Below, in pieces: positions 10,404 through 20,885 of a stretch of DNA of 64,000 nucleotides. Every line of letters starts with the position of its first letter. The first letter of the stretch is position 1. The DNA comes from Gemmatimonadota bacterium (GTDB lineage: Bacteria > Gemmatimonadota > Gemmatimonadetes > Palauibacterales > Palauibacteraceae): NCBI GenBank assembly GCA_965116475.1, contig OZ220691.1, positions 3,264,001-3,328,000 on the forward strand, given 5' to 3'. A program made the translations under genes and the position numbers. Under the pieces are notes generated by a model. It ran no database searches. It was not told the DNA's origin and saw only the letters and a program-made list of their open reading frames with translations.

Positions 10404-10569
10404 CCGCGGGGAAGATCCGCCACGCCTCTCGCCGCGCCGGTCCGCGGCCGTGAACGAGGGCCTCGTCGACCACCTTCTGGCCTGCCCCGAGAAGGACTGG
10501 TTCGTGCCGGTCCCGTCCGATTCGACGGCCGATCTTCCCGAGCCATTGTTTGAGGTCGCTCGAAGCCGG

Positions 10570-11769
10570 TCATAGTTGCTGGAGGGCGCGGTCCGCGATG
10601 TGGGGTCCGATGGCCAGGCAGGCGGTGGCGGCGGGGGAGGGGGCGTTGAGCACGTTCACCACGCCGGGCGCTTCCCGAATCACGAAGTCGTGGACCAGGG
10701 CGCCATCCGTGTCCACGGCCTGCGCGCGGATGCCGGAGCGCCAGGTGTCGAGGTGGCGCACTTCGAGTTCGGGCAACATGGCGCGGGCCTTCCGAACGAC
10801 GGAGCGCCGGTCCAGCGAGCGCCACTGCTCCTCGACGGCGGTCCGCCAGTGCGCCTGCGCGAGGCGCCGGAAGCCGCGGTAGCTCAGCGCTTCGAGCGCG
10901 TCGGGGAGGCGTCCGGAAAGGCGGCCGTACGCCTCCCGGCCCCAGGCCCAGACCGCGTTCGGCCCGAGTTCCACGCGCCCGGTCACGTTCCGGGTGAAGT
11001 GGACGCCGAGATGGGGAAGCCGCGGGTCCGGGACCGGGTAGATGTGACCCCGCACGAGCCCGGCGGCGGTTTCGGAGAGGCCCCGGTACTCGCCCCGAAA
11101 GGGCAGGATCTTGAGGTCGGGTTCGTGCCCGAGGATCCGCATCACGCGGTCGACGTGCAGCCCGGCGCAGTTGACCACGACGCGGGCCGCGATGTCGCCC
11201 GGGGGGCCGGCGAGCACGGTGAGGCGCCCGGAGCGGCGGGCTTCCCGCACCTCGAAGCCGGTGCGGATCCGGTGGCCGCCACGGGAAAGATCCGCCGCGA
11301 AGGCCCGCGCCACGTCACCGAAGTCGACCGCCCCGGTGGCGGGTACGTGGAGCGCCTCTACGCCGCGCGCGTGCGGTTCGATCTCCGCGATGCCGCCCGG
11401 GCCGATCCGCTGCATGGCCACGCCGTTCGCCGTCCCGCGCCGCTCGAGTTCGGCGAGGGCCGTGAGCTGATCGCGCGAAGTGGCGACGACGACCTTGCCG
11501 GTGCGCGTGGTCGGAATGCCCCGCTCGGCGCAGTACGGAAACAGCCGCTCGGCCCCCTCGGCGCACAGCCGCGCCTTGAGCGACCCCGGCGCGTAGTACA
11601 GCCCGGCGTGGATGACGCCGCTGTTGCGGCCCGTCTGGTGCGCCGCGACCTCCGGCTCCTTCTCCAGCACCGTGAGCGCGAGGTCCGGCCGGGCGCGCCG
11701 GATCGCGTCCGCCGTGGCGAGCCCGACGATGCCGCCCCCGATGACGGCGATGTCGACCGGCTTCTTCAT
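10570..11769 (-). CDS. lhgO: L-2-hydroxyglutarate oxidase family FAD oxidoreductase
   Basis: IGGGIVGLA, LEKE..VAAHQTGRNSGVIHAGLYY.PGSLKA, PFRGEY, YPVPDP..P.LGVHFT, NAPSPAAT. Confidence 0.9.
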   Translation of the reverse strand: MKKPVDIAVIGGGIVGLATADAIRRARPDLALTVLEKEPEVAAHQTGRNSGVIHAGLYYAPGSLKARLCAEGAERLFPYCAERGIPTTRTGKVVVATSRDQLTALAELERRGTANGVAMQRIGPGGIAEIEPHARGVEALHVPATGAVDFGDVARAFAADLSRGGHRIRTGFEVREARRSGRLTVLAGPPGDIAARVVVNCAGLHVDRVMRILGHEPDLKILPFRGEYRGLSETAAGLVRGHIYPVPDPRLPHLGVHFTRNVTGRVELGPNAVWAWGREAYGRLSGRLPDALEALSYRGFRRLAQAHWRTAVEEQWRSLDRRSVVRKARAMLPELEVRHLDTWRSGIRAQAVDTDGALVHDFVIREAPGVVNVLNAPSPAATACLAIGPHIADRALQQL

Positions 11770-11780
11770 AGGGGCCCGGC

Positions 11781-12938
11781 TCAGCCGCTCGGCGGCAGGG
11801 CGATGTCGGTGGCGCCCAGGAAACCGGCGAGGTCCGCGATGGCGTCGTTCAGCCCGGCCTCGAAGCGCGCGGTCGGAACGAAGTCCGGCTCGAGGTGCAG
11901 CGCCCGGATTTCGAGCACGCCGCGGTCGCGGTGGAGTTTCGGGTCGAGGCGGCCCACGAGGCGGCCCTCGTGCAGGATGGGCAGGACGTAGTAGCCGTAC
12001 TTCCGCTTCTTCGCGGGCACGTAGATCTCGACGGTGTAGTGGAAGTCCAGGAGTTCGGCGGCGCGCTGCCGCTGCCAGAGCAGCGAGTCGAAGGGGCAGA
12101 TGAGCGTCGTGCCCGCGGGCTCCGGGAGCCGGTCGATGCCGTCCAGGTGTTCCGGCAGGGCGTAGCACGGTCCCCGCAGTCCCTCGACCTCGACCTCGAC
12201 GATCCGCTTCCGCCGCAGGTTGCGGGCGATGGTCCGGCGCCGTTCCGCCGCGTTGAGTTCCGGCCCGGTGAAGTAGTTGACGAGGTGCCGCTCCGGGGCG
12301 ATGCCGCAGCCCGACAGCCCGATGAGGAGCCAGCTGTCGTGGTACTCGGCGAGCGTCGCGGCCGGCCCGTCCGGGTAGACCCGTTCCGCCACGTCATAGA
12401 CGCAGCGGAAGTGGCGCCGACCCGTCACCGCGACGCGTCCGTCGTGCCACAGCAGCTTGAGCGATCGCTTGTCCTCCTTCAGGCGCCACGCGAGCGAGTC
12501 CGTCTTCTCCTCCCGCTCGGCCGGCTGCGGCTGGAAGTCGACGCTCTCCAGAGGGCCTTCCGCCCGCAGCCGCCGCAGCACCCGCCGCTTCGACGCCGTC
12601 GAGGTCGCGTATCGGCTCCACCACGCGCGTCCCGACCAGCTCTGGGGCGGGAAGCGTCGCATGCGCCGCCGCCCCAGGGGGAGATGGGAGATGGGAAGGA
12701 TCGAGGCTTCGTGCCCCCAGTACTCGTACGCGAGGCCGTCCTCGTACACCCACCGGTCCACGTCCGCCCGGTCGTACGAGCCGAACCGGCTCCACAGCGT
12801 CAGATAGTGAGCCCGGTCCGCGACGTTCACACTGTCGAGTTGGAGCGCGCCCGTCCGTTCCAGGTGGTCGACGAAAGCCGCGGGGTTAAGCGGGCTCGAC
12901 CCCCGCGGCCGGTCGAGCCCCTGCCGGTGCAGCCACAA
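11781..12938 (-). CDS. YcaQ/AlkZ-like winged-helix crosslink-repair DNA glycosylase family
   Basis: LQLDSVN (QxD), LWSR, EYWGHEAS, PFDSLLWQR, EIYVPAKKRKYGYYVLP. The frame extends to ~12986. Confidence 0.88.
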   Translation of the reverse strand: MWLHRQGLDRPRGSSPLNPAAFVDHLERTGALQLDSVNVADRAHYLTLWSRFGSYDRADVDRWVYEDGLAYEYWGHEASILPISHLPLGRRRMRRFPPQSWSGRAWWSRYATSTASKRRVLRRLRAEGPLESVDFQPQPAEREEKTDSLAWRLKEDKRSLKLLWHDGRVAVTGRRHFRCVYDVAERVYPDGPAATLAEYHDSWLLIGLSGCGIAPERHLVNYFTGPELNAAERRRTIARNLRRKRIVEVEVEGLRGPCYALPEHLDGIDRLPEPAGTTLICPFDSLLWQRQRAAELLDFHYTVEIYVPAKKRKYGYYVLPILHEGRLVGRLDPKLHRDRGVLEIRALHLEPDFVPTARFEAGLNDAIADLAGFLGATDIALPPSG

Positions 12939-12982
12939 TCGAACCGCCGCCTCCCGGGTGACCTTCGGGCGGCCCCGGCGGC

Positions 12983-15181
12983 TCAGCGGCTCTCGTCCCC
13001 GGCCGCGACCGCCTCCGACGCCAGGTGCTTGCGGAACCAGGTCAGGATCCGCTCCGACACGTCCATGACGAACTTGGGCTCGCGCGGACCGTGCGGCGTG
13101 CGCGGATACACGACCATCTCCGTCGGGACGCCGCGGCGGTCGAGGGCGCGGTAGAACTCCTGTCCCTGCGTGAACGGGACGCGCAGGTCCTCGGCCCCGT
13201 GAATCACCTGCGTCGGCGTGACCACGTTCGCGATGTGGTACATCGCCGAGTGCCGCTCATAGCGCTCGTAGTCCTCCCAGAACTCGACCCCCATGTGGCC
13301 CACGAGGTAGTCCTGGATGTCCGTCGTCGTCGTCATCGAAACCAGGTTCGGGAGGCCGGCCCCCATGCTCGCCGCCACGAAGCGGTCCGTCTGCGTGACC
13401 GCCCACGACGTCATGTAGCCGCCGTAGCTCCAGCCCATGAGCAGGAGCCGGTCCGGGTCCGCCACCCCCATCCCGATCACGTGATCGACCCCCGACATGA
13501 GGTCGCGGAAGTCGCCGTAGCCCCAGTCCTGGAAGTTGGCGTAGCGGAAGTCCTTCCCGTAGCCGGTTGAGCCGCGGGGGTTGGGGCGCAGGATCGCGAA
13601 GCCCTCCTGGGCGAAGTACTGGAGCATGTACGCGGCCGGGCTGCCGGTGAAGCTCTGGCTGAAGACGCCCGCCGGCCCGCCGTGCACGTTCAGGATGAGC
13701 GGCACGCGCTCGCCCTCTTCGTAGCCCACGGGAAAGGTGAGGAGGCCCTCGATCTCGAATCCCTCGGTGGAAGTCCAGGAGACCAGTTGCGTGCGTCCCA
13801 TCGCCGGGCGCGGCACGCCGGCATGCACATCCGTCACCTGCTGCGGCGCGTACCCATTCGTGGGCGACACGAAGACATCCCACGGTTCTTCAGTAGTCTG
13901 CCACGTGAAGGCCATGCGGCTCGCGTCGTCGGTGAGCGCCACGGAGCCGACCACCCCGTCCCCGTACGAGATGAAGCGCAACTCGCCGCCAGCGGCCGGA
14001 ACGGCGAGCACGTGGCGGCGCGTACCGAGCGATTCGAGCAGCAGAAGTTCGGAGGAGTCGCCCGACCAGCCCAGCACGGACGCGCTCCGGTTCGGCGTGT
14101 CCAGCCGCCGCGCCTCGCCTCCCGCGGCCGGCATGACGTACACGTCGCCCAGCCCGATCGGCTCCGGCTGGCCGCCGGTCGACACGTAGGCGATCGAGGC
14201 GCCGTCCGGCGACCAGTGCGGGCTCCGTTCGATCCCCGCCCCGCCCACGAGGAGCGCGACCTCCCCGACCGCCGCGGGATCGGCGTCCGCGCCTTCGCCC
14301 GCGTCTCCCTCCTCATCTTCCCCGGCGCCTCGCGCGGCGAGGATCTCGGCGATCTGCGCCGCGTCCGGGACCGTCGTGGTGGAGAGGTCTCCGCTGAGCC
14401 GCCCCGTGTTGATGCGGGGATCGACCTGGTGCGCGAAAGCGATCCGTCCCCCGTCCGGCGCCCAGCTGAAGCCGGTGATGTGGAAGTCGCCGGCGGTGAG
14501 CCGAACGGGAGCGGCGGGCTCGTCCGAGTCCGGGTCGATCGCGGCCACGTACAGGTGCGAGAACTTGTAGTCCCGGTCCACGAGGATCACATCCCGCTTC
14601 TCCTCGCGCGCCTTCTTCTCCTCCGCGGTCGGCGGATCCCGCATGAGGAAGGCGATCCGCGTCCCGTCCGGCGACCAGCGGTAGCCCCCCACCGACCCCT
14701 CCGCCTTGGTGAGCTGCCGCGCCTCGCCGCCCGTCATCGGCAGCGCCCACACCTGGCTGCCCGGCTCGCCCTCTCCGTCGCGGCCGGAGGTGAAGCTCAG
14801 CCACGCGCCGTCGGGCGAGAACTGCGGCGACCCCGCCGACGCCTCCCCGCGCGTCCATTGCGCGGCCGCCGATCCGTCCGCGTCCGTCATCCAGATGTGA
14901 CTCAGGTACTCCGACTGCGGTCCTTCCATCAGCGGCTCGCGCACGGCGAAGGCGATCCTGGAGCCATCGGGGGAGATCGCGGTGCCGGAGACCGCGCGGT
15001 ACTCCATGCTCAGCGCCGGCGTCCACCCCGCCGCCTGCTGCGCGGCGACGTTCGACGCCGCCGCCGAAGCGAGAACCAGGACGAGCGCGACCAGCGCCGG
15101 GATCCCTGCCGATCCTCGTTGCGGGGTGCGGACGAGGGAAACCTGGGACAGAATGTTCGTGGGCCGGGACATGATTCGCAC
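12983..15181 (-). CDS. Secreted S9 family peptidase with PD40-like propeller
   Basis: Signal peptide, repeated SPDG, VHGGP, NPRGSTGYG, GWSYGG, D.RVP, PHG. Confidence 0.93.
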   Translation of the reverse strand: MRIMSRPTNILSQVSLVRTPQRGSAGIPALVALVLVLASAAASNVAAQQAAGWTPALSMEYRAVSGTAISPDGSRIAFAVREPLMEGPQSEYLSHIWMTDADGSAAAQWTRGEASAGSPQFSPDGAWLSFTSGRDGEGEPGSQVWALPMTGGEARQLTKAEGSVGGYRWSPDGTRIAFLMRDPPTAEEKKAREEKRDVILVDRDYKFSHLYVAAIDPDSDEPAAPVRLTAGDFHITGFSWAPDGGRIAFAHQVDPRINTGRLSGDLSTTTVPDAAQIAEILAARGAGEDEEGDAGEGADADPAAVGEVALLVGGAGIERSPHWSPDGASIAYVSTGGQPEPIGLGDVYVMPAAGGEARRLDTPNRSASVLGWSGDSSELLLLESLGTRRHVLAVPAAGGELRFISYGDGVVGSVALTDDASRMAFTWQTTEEPWDVFVSPTNGYAPQQVTDVHAGVPRPAMGRTQLVSWTSTEGFEIEGLLTFPVGYEEGERVPLILNVHGGPAGVFSQSFTGSPAAYMLQYFAQEGFAILRPNPRGSTGYGKDFRYANFQDWGYGDFRDLMSGVDHVIGMGVADPDRLLLMGWSYGGYMTSWAVTQTDRFVAASMGAGLPNLVSMTTTTDIQDYLVGHMGVEFWEDYERYERHSAMYHIANVVTPTQVIHGAEDLRVPFTQGQEFYRALDRRGVPTEMVVYPRTPHGPREPKFVMDVSERILTWFRKHLASEAVAAGDESR

Positions 15182-15252
15182 CTCTCGATCAGCTTTATGT
15201 CGTCGGTGTTCGCTCTTCGAACCGCGAGTCCAACATAGCAGACAGGTATACG

Positions 15253-16524
15253 ATGTCCGAAACGCCGTCCGAAATGCCGTCCGAAACGCTTCGCGGCCCC
15301 GGTACTGCCGCCCCCGCGAGCGGATCCGAGCGGATCCATGCGATTGACATGCTTCGCGGCTTCGCCGTGCTCGGCATCCTCATCGTCAACATCTGGCTGT
15401 TCTCGTGGGGCCCGGAGGCCTACATCGAGCCGCCCGGCGGGCCGGACGGTGCGGCCGGAGCCACCGACCTGTGGATCTGGGGTTTCATCCACCTGTTCGC
15501 GGAGATGAAGTTCATCTCGATCTTCTCCCTGCTGTTCGGCGCGGGGATCGCGATGATGAGCGAACGGATGGCGGCGCGAGGCATTCCGGGACGCAAACTC
15601 CACAACCGACGCCAGTTCTGGCTCCTCGTACTGGGACTGCTCCACGCCTATCTGATCTGGGAGGGTGACATCCTCGTCGCCTACTCCCTGTGCGGTCTCA
15701 TCCTGTACCGACTTCACACCCTGCCGCCGCGCCGACTGTTGTGGATCGGCGCATCCTTCGTCGCCGTCGTCGTCGTGCTCATCGGCGTGGCCGCCTGGAC
15801 CCTTCCGTACTGGCCGGAGGATCTGCGGGCGGAAGCCGCCGCGGAGTGGGCCCCGCCGCCCGAGGAGATCGAAGCGAGGATCGGGGCCATGCGCGGCGGC
15901 TGGACGGAACAGATGCCGACCCGCGCTGCCGACGCCCTGGCTTTCGGCATCGGCGGGTTCCTCGCCTTCGGGCTTTGGCGCGCCGGCGGCCTCATGCTCG
16001 TCGGCATGGCCCTGTACAGGCTCGGCGTCCTCACGGGGAAACGGTCGGCCGGCTTCTACCGCCGCCTCGTCGTGTGGGGCTTCGGTGTCGGCCTGCCCGT
16101 CGTCGCCGCCGGCATGTGGTACAACGCCGCGGCCGGGTTCTCGTGGGAGCAGGCGGGGCTCCAGGGGACCCTGTTCAACTACGTCGGCTCCATCGGTGTC
16201 TTTCTGGGTTACGTAGGCGCGCTCATGCTTCTCGCCGGGAGCGGGCGGCTGGTGCGCACCCGGGCGCGTCTGTCCGCCGTCGGACGGTTGGCGCTCACGA
16301 ACTACATCGCCCAGAGCATCTTGTGTTCGCTCATTTTCTACGGCCACGGACTGGGGCTGTATGCGCGCGTGGGGACCGTGGGCTGCGTCGGGATCGTCGC
16401 GGGGATCTGGGCGCTCCAGTTGGCGTGGTCGCCGTGGTGGCTCGCGCGGTTCCGCTTCGGACCCCTGGAGTGGCTCTGGCGTACCCTCTCCTACGGGCAG
16501 CGTCAACCGATGAGGATCGCGTGA
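15253..16524 (+). CDS. DUF418 (YeiB-like) membrane protein
   Basis: RI..IDMLRGFAVLGIL, KF..IFSLLFGAG, GDIL..Y, VGRLALTNYIAQS, FRFGPLEWLWR. Confidence 0.9.
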   Translation: MSETPSEMPSETLRGPGTAAPASGSERIHAIDMLRGFAVLGILIVNIWLFSWGPEAYIEPPGGPDGAAGATDLWIWGFIHLFAEMKFISIFSLLFGAGIAMMSERMAARGIPGRKLHNRRQFWLLVLGLLHAYLIWEGDILVAYSLCGLILYRLHTLPPRRLLWIGASFVAVVVVLIGVAAWTLPYWPEDLRAEAAAEWAPPPEEIEARIGAMRGGWTEQMPTRAADALAFGIGGFLAFGLWRAGGLMLVGMALYRLGVLTGKRSAGFYRRLVVWGFGVGLPVVAAGMWYNAAAGFSWEQAGLQGTLFNYVGSIGVFLGYVGALMLLAGSGRLVRTRARLSAVGRLALTNYIAQSILCSLIFYGHGLGLYARVGTVGCVGIVAGIWALQLAWSPWWLARFRFGPLEWLWRTLSYGQRQPMRIA

Positions 16525-16582
16525 GGGCAAGGGCAACCGAACGCCGAGCGGCACTGAACGCAGCAGGGAACATGGAGGTTCG

Positions 16583-18664
16583 ATGAAGGGGATCGGGGTT
16601 GGGATGCGGGCAGTTCACGCAGCGGGGCTGGTCGCGCTGCTCATGCTTACGCTCTCTCCGCTGGCCGTCCTGCCGTCCACCGGGGGCTTCTCACCCGCGG
16701 GCCGCCTGGCGGCGCAGGAGGATGAACGGGAGGCGCGGGCGGCGGCGGAGGCGGCCGAACTCGCGCGCCGCGATTCCCTGCGCAGGATCTTCGATCCGGC
16801 GGGCGCCTTCGCGCCCCTCGATCTCCCCGCGCCCGGCGAGTTTCGGGATGCCGCCGGCGCCCCCGGCGAGGCCTACTGGCAGCAGCGGGCCGACTACCAT
16901 ATCCGAGCCACCCTCGTCGATGATCGCATCGAGGGCACGGAACGCATCACCTACACGAACAACAGTCCCGATTCGCTCACGAGCCTCTGGGTGCAGCTCG
17001 ACCAGAACCTCTTCCGCGAGACCAGCTACGGGGCGCGGCGAGCGGAGGAACTCGGCGGGGAAGTCCGCCACGGCGGCTTCTTCAGGGACGGCGGTTTCGT
17101 GATCTCGGGCGTGCGCGCCGACCAGGGGGGCGAGATGACGGTCCCCGAGTACCGGACCGAGGACACGATGATGGAGATCCTCCTCGGCGAGCCGCTCCCT
17201 CCGGGCGGGAGCCGGGTCGACGTGGAGATCGACTTCGCGTTCGAGATTCCCGAGACCGGCGGCGACCGCATGGGGCAGCTCGACATCCGGGACGGGATCA
17301 TCTTTCAACTCGCGCAGTGGTACCCCCGCGTCTTCACCTACGACGACGTGAACGGGTGGAACCAGTCCCCCTTCCTGGGGCAGGGCGAATGGTACCTGGA
17401 GTACGGCGACTTCGATGTCGAACTCACCGTCCCGCGCGATTTCATCGTCGTCGCCACCGGAGAACTCCTCAATCCCGAGGAAGTCCTCACGCCGATGCAG
17501 CGCGAGCGGCTCGCGGAGGCGCGCCTCTCGGAGGAGGCGGTCCACATCATCAGGCCGGATGAAGCCGGTGAGGATCTCACGCGGCCTCCCGGCGAGGCCC
17601 CGCTCACCTGGCGCTTCCGCGCGGAGAACGTGCGCGACTTCGCGTGGGCCGCCTCCGACCGCTTCGTCTGGGACGCCGCCGGCTGGGAGGACGTCCTCAT
17701 CATGTCCGCCTATCCGGTGGAGAGCATCGGCGGACCCGCGGGCAGCGGCTGGGAGCGCTCCACGGAATATCTCCGCCACAGCGTCCGCTATTATTCGGAG
17801 CAGTGGCTCCGCTATCCCTATCCCGTCGCGATCAACGTGGCCGGCCTCGCGCTCGGGATGGAGTATCCCATGATCGTCTTCTGTTCGTGGCGGTCCCGCG
17901 GCGCCTTCCTCTTCGCCGTCACGGACCACGAGATCGGGCACACGTGGTTCCCGATGATCGTGGGGTCGGACGAGCGGCGGTACGCGTGGATGGATGAGGG
18001 GTTCAACACCTTCATCAACTACTATTCCGGCATCGAATTCGCGGGCGGTGAGCCGATCCTGGGCGAACTCATGTCCCCCGCCCAGATCGCGACGGACACG
18101 CGCCTCCCGGGCTACGCCATATACACGGCGGCCGACAGCATTCCCGAGGCGGACATCGGGGTTCTCGCCTACAACAAGCCGGCCGCGGTGCTCGTCCTCC
18201 TGCGCGAGGAGATCCTCGGGCCCGAGGCGTTCGACGAGGGCTTCCGGGAATACATCCGGCGCTGGGCGTACAAGCACCCGCAGCCGGCCGATTTCATCCG
18301 CACCATGGAGGATGTGTCGGGCGAGGATCTCGACTGGTTCTTCAGGGGCTGGATCTACGAGGATGCGATCCTCGACCAGGCGATCGCTTCCGTCACGCGC
18401 CTGGGGGACACGACTCGGATCGTGTTCGAGAACCGCGGCGGCATCCCGATGCCGCTCGAGGCGCGGATCCTCTACCGGGACGGGGAAGAGGAGCGCTACG
18501 AGGTTCCCGTCGACGCGTGGCAGGTGGACGGCACCTACGTGCTGGAGGTGCCCGGCGGGCCCGTGCGCAACGTCCAGATCGACCCGGACGGCGTGATGCC
18601 CGACGTGAACCGCGGGAACAACGTGTGGGGCCGGGGCATTCTCGGCCGCCGGCCTCCCCGGTAA
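16583..18664 (+). CDS. Secreted M1 family zinc aminopeptidase
   Basis: GMEYP, HEIGHTWFP (HExxH), WMDEG, YNKP, IDPDG..PDVNR.NN. Confidence 0.9.
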   Translation: MKGIGVGMRAVHAAGLVALLMLTLSPLAVLPSTGGFSPAGRLAAQEDEREARAAAEAAELARRDSLRRIFDPAGAFAPLDLPAPGEFRDAAGAPGEAYWQQRADYHIRATLVDDRIEGTERITYTNNSPDSLTSLWVQLDQNLFRETSYGARRAEELGGEVRHGGFFRDGGFVISGVRADQGGEMTVPEYRTEDTMMEILLGEPLPPGGSRVDVEIDFAFEIPETGGDRMGQLDIRDGIIFQLAQWYPRVFTYDDVNGWNQSPFLGQGEWYLEYGDFDVELTVPRDFIVVATGELLNPEEVLTPMQRERLAEARLSEEAVHIIRPDEAGEDLTRPPGEAPLTWRFRAENVRDFAWAASDRFVWDAAGWEDVLIMSAYPVESIGGPAGSGWERSTEYLRHSVRYYSEQWLRYPYPVAINVAGLALGMEYPMIVFCSWRSRGAFLFAVTDHEIGHTWFPMIVGSDERRYAWMDEGFNTFINYYSGIEFAGGEPILGELMSPAQIATDTRLPGYAIYTAADSIPEADIGVLAYNKPAAVLVLLREEILGPEAFDEGFREYIRRWAYKHPQPADFIRTMEDVSGEDLDWFFRGWIYEDAILDQAIASVTRLGDTTRIVFENRGGIPMPLEARILYRDGEEERYEVPVDAWQVDGTYVLEVPGGPVRNVQIDPDGVMPDVNRGNNVWGRGILGRRPPR

Positions 18665-18755
18665 CGCCGCTGCGAAACCGCCGCGCCGCGCTTTCCGTTC
18701 TGATGCCGCATGACGCGCACGCACGGAGGGTGCGCGCGTGCACGGGGGGTGAGAC

Positions 18756-19064
18756 ATGGACGAGGTGATCATCGCCATCGTCGCGATCTTCTTCACTATC
18801 GGCGTCCCGGTCCTCGCGATGGCGACCCACTTCGCCCTGCGGCCGCTGGTGCGGGACCTGGCGGAAGCGCTCGGGCCGATGAAGCGGGATCGCGAGACGA
18901 TCGCCCGGCTGTCGGAGCGGATCGAGCGGCTTGAAGGCGAGCACCGCGAGCGGGGCGAACTCCTGGATCAGCTCGCGGAGGCGGAACTCTTCCGGCGGCA
19001 ACTCGAAGAGCGCGCGGGGGGCGGAACGGGCGGCACGGGCGGTACGCGACAGGACAACACATGA
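18756..19064 (+). CDS. Small hypothetical protein (N-terminal TM helix + coiled coil)
   Basis: Hydrophobic N-terminus, RIERLE heptads; stop overlaps the ABC ATPase start (ATGA). Confidence 0.7.
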   Translation: MDEVIIAIVAIFFTIGVPVLAMATHFALRPLVRDLAEALGPMKRDRETIARLSERIERLEGEHRERGELLDQLAEAELFRRQLEERAGGGTGGTGGTRQDNT

Positions 19065-19996
19065 CGATCATCGAAACCGAGGGGCTGTCCAAGCGGTACA
19101 CGGCGCTGCGGGGCGACGGAACGCTCGCCGTGGACCGGCTTTCCGTGCAGGTCGAGGCCGGGCAGGTGTACGGCTTCCTGGGGCCGAACGGAAGCGGGAA
19201 GACGACGACGATCGGGATGCTCCTCGGGATCATCAACCCGACCGAGGGCGCCTTCCGGCTGTTCGGCGGGGAGACGCCGGCCGAGTTGCACGCCGCGCGC
19301 CAGCGGATCGGTGCGACGCTCGAATATCCCAACTTCTACCCCTACCTGAGTTGCCGGGACAACCTGCGCGTCGTGGCCCGCGTGAAGGGCAGCGACGACG
19401 CGGACATCGCCGAGGTGCTCGACATCGTGGGCCTGGCCTCGCGCCGGAAGACGAAGTTCAAGGCGTGCTCGCTGGGCATGAAGCAGCGCCTCGCGCTCGC
19501 GGCCACGATGATCGGCGACCCGGAACTCATCATCCTCGACGAGCCGGCCAACGGACTCGATCCGGCCGGACAGCGGGAGATCCGCGATATCATCCGCGAA
19601 CTGGCCCGCCGCGGGAAGACGATCTTCCTCTCGAGCCACATGCTGCACGAGGTCGAGCGCACCTGCACGCACGTCGCGATCATCGAGACCGGCCGCCTCG
19701 TGCGCGAGGGGAGCGTGGAGGACCTCACCTCCGCCCGAACCGTGGCCGCCGTGGGCGCCGACGGGGACATCGAAACGCTTCGGCAGGCCGTGTCGGAGTT
19801 CGAGGGCGCCAGCCGCGCGCGGGTCGAGGATGGCCGCGTTCTCGTGCAGATCGGGGGCGCGGGGCTCTCCGAACTGAACCGCTTTCTCGCCGGGCGGGGG
19901 ATCTACGCCTCGCACCTGTCGCTGGAACGGCAATCGCTGGAGGACGCCTTCATGGAGATCACGGGCACGCCCGAGGGATTTGGAGAGATCCAATGA
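19061..19996 (+). CDS. ABC transporter ATP-binding protein (ABC-2 exporter type)
   Basis: Walker A GPNGSGKTT, signature SLGMKQR, Walker B ILDEP, SSH. Confidence 0.95.
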   Translation: MTIIETEGLSKRYTALRGDGTLAVDRLSVQVEAGQVYGFLGPNGSGKTTTIGMLLGIINPTEGAFRLFGGETPAELHAARQRIGATLEYPNFYPYLSCRDNLRVVARVKGSDDADIAEVLDIVGLASRRKTKFKACSLGMKQRLALAATMIGDPELIILDEPANGLDPAGQREIRDIIRELARRGKTIFLSSHMLHEVERTCTHVAIIETGRLVREGSVEDLTSARTVAAVGADGDIETLRQAVSEFEGASRARVEDGRVLVQIGGAGLSELNRFLAGRGIYASHLSLERQSLEDAFMEITGTPEGFGEIQ

Positions 19997-20826
19997 CGGG
20001 CGCGCGGGCGTTCGGCGTGTTGCTGCGCAACGAGTGGTTCAAAGCGAGGAAGCGGCTCGCCTTCTGGATCGCCCTCGGTTTCTACGCGTTCTTCACGCTC
20101 ATGAACCACGGCCAGCCGTTCCTGGAGCGCAGCGAGGGCTTCCGGCTCCCCGACATCTGGACCGCCGTGTTCGGGGACGAGTCCACCATGGTCGTGATCT
20201 TCGCCGCCCTCACGCTCGTGCTGCTGTCGGCGACGGAGTTCGGCTGGCGGACCGCGCGGCAGAACGTGATCGACGGCCTTTCGAAGTCCCAGTGGTTCTG
20301 GGGCAAGTCGCTGCTGCTGCCGATCGTCGGGCTCGTCTTCATCGGCGTCCACGTGTTGATTCCGACGGTGCTGGCGCTGATTCGGACCGACTTCGGGGCC
20401 GCCGAGGGGCCGCTCGTCCCGCTGTCCGTATTCCAGGCGGCCGGAGGCCTCGGGCTGGGGTTCCTGAGCGTGGGCGCGCTCGCCTTCCTGCTGTCGCTCG
20501 TGATCCGCAGGACCGGCGCGGCGCTGGCGGTGTGGTTCCTGTGGATCGGCCCGATCGAGTCCGGGATGCTGCCCGCGCTCGTTCGCCGCTTCCTGCCGGA
20601 CTACACCGGCTGGCTCGACTACCTGCCGTTCTCGAACACCTTCGCGCTCCTGGAATTCCGCAACTACGACGCGGCCGCCTACGAGCGCTACGCCGCCGCC
20701 GTCGAGGCCGCGGGCCGGACAGCGCCCGCCGCCGTCGATCCTGCGTGGCACCTCATCACCGCCGCCGCCTGGACGGCGCTCCTCGTCGGCAGCGCCTTCA
20801 TCCTGTTCCGCCGCCGCGACCTCTGA
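19993..20826 (+). CDS. ABC-2 type transporter permease
   Basis: LLRNEWFK, EFGWRT, about six TM segments, terminal FRRRDL; ATGA overlap with the ATPase. Confidence 0.9.
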   Translation: MTGARAFGVLLRNEWFKARKRLAFWIALGFYAFFTLMNHGQPFLERSEGFRLPDIWTAVFGDESTMVVIFAALTLVLLSATEFGWRTARQNVIDGLSKSQWFWGKSLLLPIVGLVFIGVHVLIPTVLALIRTDFGAAEGPLVPLSVFQAAGGLGLGFLSVGALAFLLSLVIRRTGAALAVWFLWIGPIESGMLPALVRRFLPDYTGWLDYLPFSNTFALLEFRNYDAAAYERYAAAVEAAGRTAPAAVDPAWHLITAAAWTALLVGSAFILFRRRDL

Positions 20827-20885
20827 TTCCATAGTCCTGACGGCGAGCCGTGTACAGCACCTGCATGTTCTGGTGGAGAAAATCT

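Noticed and set aside
15256..15290. 12-bp triple repeat (SETP/SEMP/SETL) at the DUF418 start
   Set aside because: In-frame low-complexity N-terminal tail with no evident function.
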